Of a stretch of 64,000 bases of DNA, positions 38,854-49,372 are shown piece by piece. This stretch comes from an uncultured Dysgonomonas sp. (GTDB lineage: Bacteria > Bacteroidota > Bacteroidia > Bacteroidales > Dysgonomonadaceae), in NCBI RefSeq assembly GCF_900079725.1, contig NZ_LT599032.1, positions 1,170,871 through 1,234,870 on the forward strand, given 5' to 3'. Numbering within the stretch: the first letter of the stretch is position 1; each line of letters begins with the position of its first letter. The notes under the pieces are model-generated. The model worked only from the letters and a program-made list of their open reading frames with translations, was not told the origin of the DNA and ran no database searches. A program made the translations under genes and the position numbers.

Positions 38854-39684
38854 CTAACCTATTACAAGAGAGGTCATACTCAGCGACCCCGCAATTACTT
38901 TATCATTGAATATCCGGACAGGTTCATCTTTCTCCCTCAAAGCCAACGTATAAAGCAGCGGAATATAATGTTCGGGAGTAGGAATAGCCAGACGGGCAGC
39001 GTCATGCAAACGGGTATAATCTATCAGGGAATGGAAATCACCGTTCAATATCTTATCTTTGAATAAGTCGTTCAGCTCGAAAGCCCAATCATAACCATAT
39101 TCCGTATTGAAATCATCCCCTTCGACGCGTACCATCCTCAGGTTATGTATCATATTTCCACTGCCTATCACCAAAACGCCTTTGCGACGCAGAAAAGCCA
39201 GTTCCCGTCCCAGATCATAATGATATCGCATTCCTTTGAAATGGTCGATACTCATCTGCACTACCGGGATATCCGCCAAAGGATAAATATGTTTCAACAC
39301 GCTCCAGCTACCGTGGTCGAGTCCCCATTCGTAATCTTCTCCGATGGCAACATCGTTTATACGTTCTCTTACTAACTCCGCCAGCTCTTTCGATCCCCGG
39401 GCAGGGTACTGTTGGGCAAACAATTCACGGGGAAAGCCATAGAAATCGTGTATAGTCTTAGGTTCACTCATGGCAGTAACGAAAGTTCCACGTGTTTCCC
39501 AATGAGCTGAAATACAAAGGATAGCCTGCGGTTGCGGAAGGTCTTGCCCCAAGCTCGTCCATGCCTGTACAAACTCATTATCCTCAACGGCATTCATGGG
39601 TGTGCCATGCCCTACAAATACAACCGGCATAAGCGGTGTATCGTGAAACTGCATGGCTTGTTTATGTAAGTCTTTTAGTGTCAT
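38854..39684 (-). CDS. ygiD: 4,5-DOPA dioxygenase extradiol (LigB family)
   Basis: FVGHGTPMN, ISAHW, TIHDFYGFP, GLDHGSW, GSGNMIHNL, PTPEHYIPL. Confidence 0.92.
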   Translation of the reverse strand: MTLKDLHKQAMQFHDTPLMPVVFVGHGTPMNAVEDNEFVQAWTSLGQDLPQPQAILCISAHWETRGTFVTAMSEPKTIHDFYGFPRELFAQQYPARGSKELAELVRERINDVAIGEDYEWGLDHGSWSVLKHIYPLADIPVVQMSIDHFKGMRYHYDLGRELAFLRRKGVLVIGSGNMIHNLRMVRVEGDDFNTEYGYDWAFELNDLFKDKILNGDFHSLIDYTRLHDAARLAIPTPEHYIPLLYTLALREKDEPVRIFNDKVIAGSLSMTSLVIG

Positions 39685-39727
39685 AAATCTATGTTATTTA
39701 AGCTAATCAGTGGATGAATTTTAACGC

Positions 39728-40254
39728 TCTATTTTTTCTAACGCGCCTGCTGTCTTGTTTTTCATTTTGCCTTGATGCAAAACGAAACAAAAAATCAAGG
39801 CTGCATCCCCCGGCGACCCAAAGCCGCAGCTTCGGTGGGGCAAAATAATACGGAATCATCTTTAGCCAGATTATCAACAGGGTATAGCAGCTACCGTATT
39901 TTGCCCTACACCTCCGCTTTACGGATTGGGTGCCCCGCCTGCGGGACGAGGCCGGAATCGCGATGCGACGACAGGACAAAGGCTCTCCGGGCTTTAGCCG
40001 CACGTGCGTCAGCAGCGCCGTTAGCTTTAAGTACGGGGCACCCATAGGACGAAAAAGGCGTTAAAAACAAAAACGTGTTTGAACTTATCCGCTGATGCGT
40101 ATTATATACATCCCGGAGCGAGTTTTTTTGTTTAGCCTTTGAGTCCGTTATGGGTCGGACATTGAAGCGGGGCGCTAAAGCATTTTTGGTTCCTTTTGGG
40201 GCTTAGGCCAAAAGGAATGCAAGCAATTTTAATTGCGCGCAGTAGAAAAATAGA
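39728..40254. mobile_element. GC-rich, highly structured ~525-bp intergenic element (MITE or structured RNA)
   Basis: Imperfect terminal IR TCTATTTTTTCTAACGCGC / GCGCGCAGTAGAAAAATAGA; internal hairpins at about 39828-39917 and 40014-40175; TTCCTTTTGG..CCAAAAGGAA. Confidence 0.5.
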
Positions 40255-40364
40255 ACATTTTTATACGACAATAATCTCTTCAACTACTTACTGGCAGAAT
40301 TTATAAAATAACGGCCTTGACACTATAGTCAAAGCCGTATATAATAAAAATACCGTTTAATGTA

Positions 40365-41021
40365 TTATTGAGCCGCTTTTGCTACAACTGTTATCTGCAA
40401 TTCGATATTATCGTTTACAATATTTTCTTTCAGATTGGCAAACAAAGTTTTTGAACCATATTTTACATTCCATTGAGTACGGTCGATAGTAAACGGAACG
40501 GTAACGGCCTTATACAATTCACCTTCTTTTGTAACTTTTGCACCGAAAGAGATATTCTTTTCCACATCTTTCAGCTTCAGATTTCCGCTAACCGTATAGT
40601 TTACACTGTCGTTTGGCGTTGCCAGAGCCTCTACTTTAGTAATAGTGAAAGTACTTTCAGGATATTTTGCAACATCGAAGAAATCTTCACTCTTCAGGTG
40701 ATTTACCAACATTTCGTTCATCTTAGCTTCAGTAAGATCTTCATCTACAATTGCATTCATATCTATTACGAACGAACCCGAAGCCACTGCCTCTCCATTA
40801 ACAGCAAGGCTACCACTCTTTATACCGATTGTTCCGTGATGAGAACCTCCTACTTTAGATCCTACCCAATGAATAGATGAAGCTGAAGGGTCTACCGTTA
40901 GTTCAACTCCGGTTCCCGATGCTGCTGCCTGAGCGTCTGTACCTTCCACTTTATTTTTAGCAGCGTTGTTGCACGATGCTACGAATATCAATGATGCGAT
41001 TGCCAATAAATATGTTTTCAT
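40365..41021 (-). CDS. YceI family lipoprotein
   Basis: Lipobox VASC; SSIHWVGSK..HHGTI, HLKSEDFFDVAKYP, IDRTQWNVKY. Confidence 0.92.
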   Translation of the reverse strand: MKTYLLAIASLIFVASCNNAAKNKVEGTDAQAAASGTGVELTVDPSASSIHWVGSKVGGSHHGTIGIKSGSLAVNGEAVASGSFVIDMNAIVDEDLTEAKMNEMLVNHLKSEDFFDVAKYPESTFTITKVEALATPNDSVNYTVSGNLKLKDVEKNISFGAKVTKEGELYKAVTVPFTIDRTQWNVKYGSKTLFANLKENIVNDNIELQITVVAKAAQ

Positions 41022-41242
41022 TTTTAATTTCCTTTTTTAATATTAATATAATTTTTGATTTAAATATGTCGCAAAGTTAAAATACTTTATTCTATTATCA
41101 AAATAGTTATATTGATATATAATTATAAAAAAATTAATAGATTTGCAGAATAAATCAATTAAATAAATATCTATAACTAAAGAGTAAACAGATTTGATAT
41201 ACGACATGTTCACTCTATAAAACTATAAATCAGAATTATTTT

Positions 41243-42154
41243 ATGGTCAATCTGGAATGGTACAGAACATTCAAAGCAATCTATCAGTACGGAACACTAA
41301 CACGGGCCGCGCAAGAGTTGATGATATCCCAACCTAATATGAGCATCCAACTGGCGTCGTTGGAAAGCTATATCGGACAACAGTTATTTGTAAGGCTGCC
41401 CCGGAAAATGATGCCCACCGAATATGGCAAACAGCTCTATACACAAATAGTGGAATCGATAGACAATCTGGAGCGGGTAGAAACCGAATTTAAGCGTACC
41501 GTTCTGAATAAGGCCCCTAGCATTCGTTTAGGTACACCTGCCGAAATCTTTAATGATTATCTGGCCGAACATGTAGGTAATCAGAAAGACCTCCATCTTA
41601 CAGTAGAATATGGTCTTGCCGATACTCTGACCGAAAAAGTTATCAGCCATGATCTCGATATAGCCATAATCACACGACAGAATAAATCGGCGGATAATCT
41701 TACCTATGAAGCCTTATTCACCGAATCGTTTATGATTGTATGCAATCCGGCTATGGATACGACTGATTTTGATGCCTGTGCAGAAAAGAATAATGTAGAA
41801 GATATAGAGAAATGGCTTAAGACTCAGAAATGGATTGCGTACAGTACTGATCTGGCATTAGTCAGAAGATTCTGGCGGGAGAATTTCAAGAAACGTCCTA
41901 TACTCAAACTACATGCCACTATACCCGACAATGACGCCATACTACGGGCCGTAGGAAATAGTGATGTACTGGCTGCATCGTCCGACTTAATTGCCGGCAA
42001 AGCCCTGGAGAAAGGATTAGTAAAAATACTCTGGAAAGGAAATATACCTGCAACAAATACTCTTTATCTGGCATACAATAAGGATAAAATACAACCCCAA
42101 TATGTAGAAAAAGTAAGAACCTTTATAAAAACATATATCAACACTACTGATTAA
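41243..42154 (+). CDS. LysR-family regulator, divergent from yceI
   Basis: LEWYRTFKAIY..GTLTRAAQELMISQPNMS..LE...LFVR. Confidence 0.93.
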   Translation: MVNLEWYRTFKAIYQYGTLTRAAQELMISQPNMSIQLASLESYIGQQLFVRLPRKMMPTEYGKQLYTQIVESIDNLERVETEFKRTVLNKAPSIRLGTPAEIFNDYLAEHVGNQKDLHLTVEYGLADTLTEKVISHDLDIAIITRQNKSADNLTYEALFTESFMIVCNPAMDTTDFDACAEKNNVEDIEKWLKTQKWIAYSTDLALVRRFWRENFKKRPILKLHATIPDNDAILRAVGNSDVLAASSDLIAGKALEKGLVKILWKGNIPATNTLYLAYNKDKIQPQYVEKVRTFIKTYINTTD

Positions 42155-42168
42155 ATGCTACCTGCCAT

Positions 42169-42960
42169 ATGAAATATATATCAATATCCATACCATTCTT
42201 GTTCACATCCTGTAATGTAAGTTCTATCGCCGGATTCGGTATAGCAGGTATTATTGCCATGTTTGTACTGATGTTTATACTCTTTGCCGTCATGTTTTTC
42301 CTGATTGCAAAAAGGCGTAAACAAGGGGAAAAAAGTCTGGTAAAATTTAACAATGACGTCTATATTGCACTCAATAAGCTATCCGCTCCTCAGCAGAAAA
42401 TAAATATGCTGACCAATCTTATAGAACGCATCAATAACGATCAGAAATATAAGAAAGATACTGAATGGCGGGACAAAGTACTGGTAAAAACATATATGCA
42501 CCTTGCTACTATTTATTACCAGACCGGCAACGAAATGGAGACACTTAATACCTGTACTAAAATTATAGAACTCGATCCTAAAGACGGAATGGCGTATTAC
42601 AACAGAGGTTCTATTTACAGTAATATCGGATTATATGAAAAAGCTCTGAATGACTTTAACCGGACTATAGAATTGCTACCCGACTACGCCAGCGCCTACA
42701 ATAACAGGGGGCTTACCCATGAAAAAATGGAGCATTACGAAGAGGCTATAGCCGATTTTAATGAAGCTATAAAGTTAGAAGGTTCACCTGTAGCCTTGTA
42801 CAACAGAGGAAACACACATTACGAACTGGACAATTACCAAGAGGCCTTGAAAGATTACCAGTCGGCACTGAAAAATCTCGATACAGACGGCGATAGCGAT
42901 ATGAAGAATGATATAGAAATCAGCATACGCGCAACAAAAGAAAAGATAGCTGATATATAA
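42169..42960 (+). CDS. Membrane-anchored TPR protein
   Basis: N-terminal TM; AYYNRG/AYNNRG TPR units. Confidence 0.85.
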   Translation: MKYISISIPFLFTSCNVSSIAGFGIAGIIAMFVLMFILFAVMFFLIAKRRKQGEKSLVKFNNDVYIALNKLSAPQQKINMLTNLIERINNDQKYKKDTEWRDKVLVKTYMHLATIYYQTGNEMETLNTCTKIIELDPKDGMAYYNRGSIYSNIGLYEKALNDFNRTIELLPDYASAYNNRGLTHEKMEHYEEAIADFNEAIKLEGSPVALYNRGNTHYELDNYQEALKDYQSALKNLDTDGDSDMKNDIEISIRATKEKIADI

Positions 42961-43105
42961 AATTAATGAAAGCATAGGTGCTATCTATACTCCAAAGTTG
43001 TCTGTTCGGTTTAAAAAGTATAATTTTGCACATCTTTTTCAGATCAGACCTCTTATTATCTGGAAACATCCTGTATCTTACATTGAAAATATTTAATCAT
43101 CCATA

Positions 43106-44380
43106 ATGAAAAATAATATATCCGATTTTGAAATAATGGCACCTGTAGGGTCATACGACTCTCTTTCTGCAGCCATACAAGGAGGAGCTGATTCTATATA
43201 CTTCGGCATCGAAGGACTGAATATGCGTGCCAGGTCATCCAATAATTTCACTATCGACGATCTGAAACAAATAGCATCTATATGTAAGGAGAAGGGGCTC
43301 AAAAGTTATCTTACAGTCAATACCATTATCTATGATAATGATATTTCATTGATGCATCAGATAGTAAACGCCGCCAAAGAAGCCGGATTATCAGCTATCA
43401 TCGCGTCCGATGTATCGGTAATGATGTACGCCCGTAGTATAGGTGTGGAAGTACACCTTTCCACCCAATTGAATATTACCAATACAGAAGCATTGAAGTT
43501 CTACGGACAGTTTGCCGATGTGGTGGTATTAGCCCGCGAACTGAATCTCGATCAGGTAGCAGCTATCTATAGAGACATTGTAGAACAGAATATAAAAGGT
43601 CCTAACGGGGATCTTATCCGCATTGAGATGTTCTCACACGGCGCGCTCTGTATGGCCGTATCGGGCAAATGCTACCTCAGCCTGCACGAACGTGACCTGT
43701 CGGCAAACCGTGGTGCATGCAACCAGATATGCCGCCGCAGCTATATTGTAAAAGATAAAGAAACGGATATAGAGCTTGAGATAGATAACGAATATATCAT
43801 GTCGCCCAAAGACCTCAAAACAATCCACTTCATGAATAAGATGATGGATGCAGGTGTACGTGTATTCAAAATAGAAGGACGAGCCCGCGGTCCGGAATAT
43901 GTGCGTACCGTAGTAGAATGTTACAAGGAGGCCATAAAAGCCTATTGTGAAGGTACATTCACTGAAGAAAAAGTTGAGAACTGGGATGAACGGCTGGCTA
44001 CTGTTTTCAACCGTGGATTCTGGGATGGTTACTACCTGGGGCAAAGACTCGGCGAATGGTCCAGTAATTACGGCTCGGGGGCGACCAAACGGAAAGTGTA
44101 TATTGCTAAAGGAATCAAATACTTCTCCAATCTGGGCGTAGCAGAATTTCTGATGGAAACCCAGTCGCTGAAAGTCGGAGACGAAATATTGATTACAGGG
44201 CCCACTACCGGAGCCGTCTTTCAAACAATAGAAGAGATTCGTGTTGACCTCAAATCTGTTGAAGAAACAGTTAAAGGCGAGAAATTTTCTATAAAAGTGA
44301 ATGATAAAATCCGCCCGTCGGATAAGCTTTTCAAGCTCGTAAAAGTGGAACGGAAAAAGAAATTTGTAGAGAAAGTATAA
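43106..44380 (+). CDS. Peptidase U32 family protein (probable tRNA hydroxylation protein)
   Basis: EIMAPVG, GADSIYFG, HLSTQLN, HGALCMAVSGKC, NRGACNQICR, KIEGR. Confidence 0.9.
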   Translation: MKNNISDFEIMAPVGSYDSLSAAIQGGADSIYFGIEGLNMRARSSNNFTIDDLKQIASICKEKGLKSYLTVNTIIYDNDISLMHQIVNAAKEAGLSAIIASDVSVMMYARSIGVEVHLSTQLNITNTEALKFYGQFADVVVLARELNLDQVAAIYRDIVEQNIKGPNGDLIRIEMFSHGALCMAVSGKCYLSLHERDLSANRGACNQICRRSYIVKDKETDIELEIDNEYIMSPKDLKTIHFMNKMMDAGVRVFKIEGRARGPEYVRTVVECYKEAIKAYCEGTFTEEKVENWDERLATVFNRGFWDGYYLGQRLGEWSSNYGSGATKRKVYIAKGIKYFSNLGVAEFLMETQSLKVGDEILITGPTTGAVFQTIEEIRVDLKSVEETVKGEKFSIKVNDKIRPSDKLFKLVKVERKKKFVEKV

Positions 44381-44381
44381 T

Positions 44382-44418
44382 AAAAAGGCTGCCCCATTAG
44401 CAATTGAGGCAGCCTTTT
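44382..44418. terminator. Bidirectional terminator
   Basis: AAAAAGGCTGCC...GGCAGCCTTTT between convergent genes. Confidence 0.8.
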
Positions 44419-44422
44419 ACTT

Positions 44423-46261
44423 TTATTCTTTACATCCTACCATGTAGAAACCCGGAGTCTTAGCCCCATCTGTAGTAATTCCATATAGCTCTGTTATCTT
44501 GCCATCTTGCGGTTTTATCTTACTCCTGTCAAAAAAGACTTTCCCATAACGGCATTTATCCATAAATTTATTCCATGAATATTTCTTACCGTCTATTACA
44601 TACCAATAAATACGAAGATAACCCGACTTATTCCCGTCTGCTTTCTTATTGAATGACCTTGGGAAAACTGTAGTTTTGTTTTCCAAATCTCGTGCGTCAC
44701 TCATCATCACTACTTCAAACTTACCTGTCGGAGGATTACCGATTCTTGCTTCTGATTTATAGCCGGTGTCATCTATATATTGGCTGAGAACCTTACTTAC
44801 ACTGTCTCTTTGTTGCTTCGTATTCACAACGCCTTTATGATAGTATCGAGAAGGCGGCGAAGGCGGAGCAAAACGGACAACATCAAATACAGGAGACGAT
44901 TTAGTACCATCCTTGCTAACTATCTGACACTTAAAAGGCTTCTTTGGATCCATAGGTTTTGTAACCACCAGTTTTTCCCGGCCTTCTTCATATTCATATT
45001 TTGTACCATTCACCACTAGATACACATGCGACCTATCAGGAGATTTTCCATCTATAAACATTTCCCTGAGATATTCGGGAGACTTCATGCCGGTATTGAA
45101 GACGCCTTGCATCTTTATTACTTTACCTTTGGCAAAAGGCACATATTCCGGTTCCATTATCTCCACACTATTAGCCTTCAATTCTTTATATTCGGCATCG
45201 GAGACTTTCACTCCGTCTACTGTATAGTAAGCCGGATTGTAATTGTCAGGCTTCCCCTTCTTCTGATAATCTTCACCTGTATCTTCCGCAATTTTTGTTT
45301 TCTGCAAAATATTTGTACTTTCGTAATTGATGAGTGTATTTAATGGCTCATTTACTGAAGGCCGGGCAAAAGCGTATACAGTAAGTATAGCTAACGGGAG
45401 CAATAATAAGAGCTTCAACCGTGCCCATTTGTTTGATTTTTCTTTTAACATCATAGTAATTCGTTTTTTAATTTTACTGTGGTTAAAGCTGTTGGCTAGA
45501 GTGTAGGAGCTTGCGCCAACGGCTTTTTTCACTAATAGGAGTTGATATTTTGTTGCATCGATACCGGATTCTAAAACACTTATATCGGCCTGATATTCGT
45601 GTATATCTTTCAATTCCCTTTTCAACAGCCATACAGCCGGATTGAACCATTGTACAAGGACAACCAGTTCCATATAAATCAGGTCAATAGAATGCCGATG
45701 CCTGATATGAGCCATCTCATGCGTTATAATTTCAGAAGAATTACCGGCATAATCCGCTTCTGACAAAACAATGTATTTACCCCAGCTAAAGGGATTTATA
45801 TCGGAAGAAACGACAACAAATATATACCGGTCCTGTACAATCTTACGTCCCCCCCGGATAAGGCGATACATCGAATAAATAGACCTGATCAGTATTATCA
45901 GATTAACTCCGCCACCTATCAGGTATATAAGCAGCAATACCATACCAATTGACACTGCCGGATTCTCAGGTTCAGACAAGGGAGGTAATACACTCACTTC
46001 ATATTGATATAATTCCGGATGAGAAGATTCTTCAACAGGAACAAGGGCCTCTTCTATGAGGACAAAGGGTTTCTGAATAGTACTGTATTCTTGAATATCC
46101 ATCTCTGCCAGAGGCAAAGTAAAGCATGCCAGCGTACCAATAAGGATAACCGCGCGATTGAAACGATGAAAAGTTTCATTCGTAAGAATAGCTCTCACCC
46201 AAATGTAAAATAGAGTAAGACACACAGTGACTTTGAATATATAGAGAAGAAATGCTTCCAT
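44423..46261 (-). CDS. M56 family (BlaR1-like) membrane metallopeptidase
   Basis: ETFHRFNR, PFSW, HEMAH zinc motif, QWFNPAVW, HEYQAD, IKKRITMM. Confidence 0.92.
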   Translation of the reverse strand: MEAFLLYIFKVTVCLTLFYIWVRAILTNETFHRFNRAVILIGTLACFTLPLAEMDIQEYSTIQKPFVLIEEALVPVEESSHPELYQYEVSVLPPLSEPENPAVSIGMVLLLIYLIGGGVNLIILIRSIYSMYRLIRGGRKIVQDRYIFVVVSSDINPFSWGKYIVLSEADYAGNSSEIITHEMAHIRHRHSIDLIYMELVVLVQWFNPAVWLLKRELKDIHEYQADISVLESGIDATKYQLLLVKKAVGASSYTLANSFNHSKIKKRITMMLKEKSNKWARLKLLLLLPLAILTVYAFARPSVNEPLNTLINYESTNILQKTKIAEDTGEDYQKKGKPDNYNPAYYTVDGVKVSDAEYKELKANSVEIMEPEYVPFAKGKVIKMQGVFNTGMKSPEYLREMFIDGKSPDRSHVYLVVNGTKYEYEEGREKLVVTKPMDPKKPFKCQIVSKDGTKSSPVFDVVRFAPPSPPSRYYHKGVVNTKQQRDSVSKVLSQYIDDTGYKSEARIGNPPTGKFEVVMMSDARDLENKTTVFPRSFNKKADGNKSGYLRIYWYVIDGKKYSWNKFMDKCRYGKVFFDRSKIKPQDGKITELYGITTDGAKTPGFYMVGCKE

Positions 46262-46293
46262 TGTTTCCGGGATATTAAGGTATTGATACTGCC

Positions 46294-46650
46294 CTATTTA
46301 TTTTTAATCTGGCGGATTAATTCCTGCAGTTCATCTATCGATAACTTTTCTTCTTCGATCAACGATGAAACAACACGTGTATACGAATTGTCGAAATACT
46401 TATCTACTACATTGCTGAGCGAACTTTTACGGTAATCGTCTTCTGAGACCAGAGCATAGTACTGATATGTATTCCCATAAGCCTTATAGCCTATATATCC
46501 CTTTTCTTCCAGTGTACGCACAATCGTGGAAAGGGTATTATAATGGGGTTTAGGTTCTTTTTGCAAATCAAGTAATTCACGTACAAACATCGGGCCGTTA
46601 CTCCAGAAACAAGCTAGAATTTCTTCTTCTTTTTGCGTCAGTTTTTTCAT
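46294..46650 (-). CDS. BlaI/MecI/CopY family repressor
   Basis: LTQKEEEIL..W, PHYNTLSTIVRTLEEKGY, YFDNS. Confidence 0.93.
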   Translation of the reverse strand: MKKLTQKEEEILACFWSNGPMFVRELLDLQKEPKPHYNTLSTIVRTLEEKGYIGYKAYGNTYQYYALVSEDDYRKSSLSNVVDKYFDNSYTRVVSSLIEEEKLSIDELQELIRQIKNK

Positions 46651-46679
46651 GGAAATATTCTTTTATAATAACTATACCA

Positions 46680-46738
46680 CAAACGTAACTATATTTTCCA
46701 GTAAAACAACTATAAAAAACAGTTAAACTACTATAGTT
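46680..46738 (-). promoter_or_regulatory. Promoter and putative operators of the blaI-blaR1-like operon
   Basis: Minus-strand TACGTTTG (46680-46687) overlapped by repeated AACTA-N-AGTT boxes. Confidence 0.5.
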
Positions 46739-46880
46739 AACAATAATTAACCTTACTGTAAAGATAGAGATATTTGGCCACATACAAGAAACCAATCTAT
46801 AAATCAATCAATTACAATATATCAAAACAAAAAAGACCGCTAAATCAGCGGTCTTCTCATTCTATATATAAGTATCTCTT

Positions 46881-47549
46881 TTATGGATTTATCAGGAATA
46901 GTACCGCCCTGTTTTTGTCATTGTCAAGTTCGAACGGTTGTAACCCGTCACCTTTCCAGTTAACGGAAATCCTATTCTTATTGATACCATACTTTTCTTC
47001 CAACGCCTTTGCCACTGCATTTGACCTCTCTTTAGAGAGACGCAGGTTAATTGCCGCATTACCGGTTTTCTTATCTGCGTAACCTGTAACCACTACAGTA
47101 GATCCCGCATTTGCGTTCAGATAATTAACAGCAAGCTCAATTTTAGCCCACTCTGCCTGATCTATCACCCATTTATTGATTCGGAAAAATACCGGATCAG
47201 GCAAAAAGAATGGCTTACCTTTTACAGGAGGTTCAGGAGCCGGGGTCTGAGGTAATGTCGGTTGAGTAACTTCTATTTTAGGGTCTTCGGGTTGTGGAGC
47301 CGGAGGAGCAAAAATATCGGGACAATCGAAATATTTTCTGCGCTTAGCCATATTCGACTGGCTCACACTTAATTGTTGTGCACTTCTTTTTACCACTATC
47401 ACTTCCTCTCCGCTATTCAGTTGGAGAAGTATAGAATCTCTGGAAGTTTCACAATTGCAAGGGTCCGGATTAGCCTTATTGTCTTGCGCACTTAAAGAAA
47501 AAGTCAGTACCCAAAACAGGATTGGCAGTAATAAAAATCTCATTTTCAT
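46881..47549 (-). CDS. OmpA family protein
   Basis: VFFRINK, VTGYADKKTG...NLRLSKERSNAV, WKGD..P...NRAV. Confidence 0.9.
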   Translation of the reverse strand: MKMRFLLLPILFWVLTFSLSAQDNKANPDPCNCETSRDSILLQLNSGEEVIVVKRSAQQLSVSQSNMAKRRKYFDCPDIFAPPAPQPEDPKIEVTQPTLPQTPAPEPPVKGKPFFLPDPVFFRINKWVIDQAEWAKIELAVNYLNANAGSTVVVTGYADKKTGNAAINLRLSKERSNAVAKALEEKYGINKNRISVNWKGDGLQPFELDNDKNRAVLFLINP

Positions 47550-47836
47550 AATTTCATATGGTGTTAAGGTAATACCTATTTACAGTTTTAGTGAGTTCAA
47601 AAGTTTTTTCTAGAATACAAATTTATACATTATTCTCAAATTATTTTTTATTTTTTATGAAAAGATTCATTTTTAACGATAAATATGAGTAATTCAGCTA
47701 TTTAATCGGAGGTAGAATCGTTTTCATCCAACTTTAAGGACAGATAATAATCTATATTGATAAAAAGCAACAAACAGTGAAATATAAATAAAACACTACT
47801 TTTGTTACTCTTTTATACATTTCACAAAAAAAAATA

Positions 47837-49294
47837 ATGGAGCAAGAAACAATCATAGAAATATCGGCGGCCATACCCCGCTTGGAGCATCTACAATTTG
47901 AAGAAGCCATCAACTGGCAGATAAAAAGCAGGGAGCACTGGGCAGTCATAGGTCCTAATGGAAGCGGAAAAACGATATTAATAGACATTCTACTGGGAAA
48001 ATACGCCCTTAAATCCGGTGAAATAATCTGCAAGAACAGCAAAGGGGAAAACCTGTCGATATCATCTGTAGCCAAAAGCGTCGCCTTCCGCGACATATAC
48101 AGCATCATTGATTCCCAAAACAGTTATTACCAGCAACGATGGAACAAGGGCGACGAACAGGAAATACCACAGGTCAAAGAGCTTGTATCCAAAGCCGACC
48201 CTATATGGCTGAACACCTTACTGGAGTGGTTTGGCATATCTGAATTGATGGATAAGGAAGTGAATATGTTATCGAGCGGAGAGCTTCGCAAGTTCCTTAT
48301 CGTGCGCTCATTACTATCGAGACCGCGCATTCTTATACTCGACAATCCGTTTATAGGCCTGGATGCGGCTTCACGAAATGTATTGAACGACTTGCTGGCA
48401 CGTCTGGCTGAATTGGAAAATCTGCAAATCGTACTAATTCTCTCCAATCCGCACGATATACCCGAAGCTATCACGCACGTACTACCCGTATACAATAAAA
48501 AAGTGCTGCCAGCCATATCCTGTAAAAGTTTTCTTAGCGATACAGATTTGAGCGACTTACTATTTACTAAAACAGAAAAACCGGCCATCGCTTCCCTGAA
48601 GAATGATTTCGACAACCAATCATATTCCTTCGAATACGCTGCGGATATGAAAAATATACACATCCGTTATGGAGACCGCACAATACTAAAAGATCTGAAT
48701 TGGCAGGTAAAGCGTGGCGAAAAATGGGCATTACTAGGTGTCAACGGTTCAGGAAAATCGACCCTGCTTAGCCTTATCTGCGGAGATAATCCGCAAGCCT
48801 ACGCAAACGACATCACTCTCTTCGACCGGAAGAGAGGAACAGGAGAAAGCATCTGGGATATAAAGAAAAGGATCGGTTATGTTTCGCCTGAGATGCATTT
48901 ATATTATCAGAAAAATGTAAGATGCCTCGATGTGGTAGGTTCAGGATTCTTCGACACCATCGGTCTTTACCGCAAATGCAATCCGGAACAGGAAAGCCTT
49001 GCGCTGAAATGGATGGAAGCCTTCAATATCGGCCACCTCAAAGATATCTCGTTCCTCAATGTATCTTCAGGAGAGCAACGCTTAGTCCTATTGGTACGGG
49101 TATTTATAAAAAATCCCGATTTACTGATTCTGGATGAACCGCTTCACGGACTTGATATAGCGAATAAAAAACGTGTAAAAAAACTGATAGAAGATTTCTG
49201 TGATAAGGACAAATCCTTGATATATGTTACACATTACGAAGACGAAATACCTGATGTTGTAAATAAACGGCTGGTACTGACCAAAAATGTATAA
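47837..49294 (+). CDS. Dual-domain ABC ATP-binding protein (ModF-like)
   Basis: Two NBDs: GPNGSGKT/LSSGELRK/LDNPFIGLD and GVNGSGKST/SSGEQR/LDEPLHGLD. Confidence 0.9.
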   Translation: MEQETIIEISAAIPRLEHLQFEEAINWQIKSREHWAVIGPNGSGKTILIDILLGKYALKSGEIICKNSKGENLSISSVAKSVAFRDIYSIIDSQNSYYQQRWNKGDEQEIPQVKELVSKADPIWLNTLLEWFGISELMDKEVNMLSSGELRKFLIVRSLLSRPRILILDNPFIGLDAASRNVLNDLLARLAELENLQIVLILSNPHDIPEAITHVLPVYNKKVLPAISCKSFLSDTDLSDLLFTKTEKPAIASLKNDFDNQSYSFEYAADMKNIHIRYGDRTILKDLNWQVKRGEKWALLGVNGSGKSTLLSLICGDNPQAYANDITLFDRKRGTGESIWDIKKRIGYVSPEMHLYYQKNVRCLDVVGSGFFDTIGLYRKCNPEQESLALKWMEAFNIGHLKDISFLNVSSGEQRLVLLVRVFIKNPDLLILDEPLHGLDIANKKRVKKLIEDFCDKDKSLIYVTHYEDEIPDVVNKRLVLTKNV

Positions 49295-49372
49295 ACGCCA
49301 GACTGACCCGCATAATCTAAACATTGCAAGCTATAAATTGTTAATATAAATAAATATAAACAATATAATTTT

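Noticed and set aside
39707..40047. Overlapping 112-aa and 91-aa ORFs on opposite strands
   Set aside because: Arg/Ala/Pro-rich translations of a GC-rich hairpin element; no recognisable motifs
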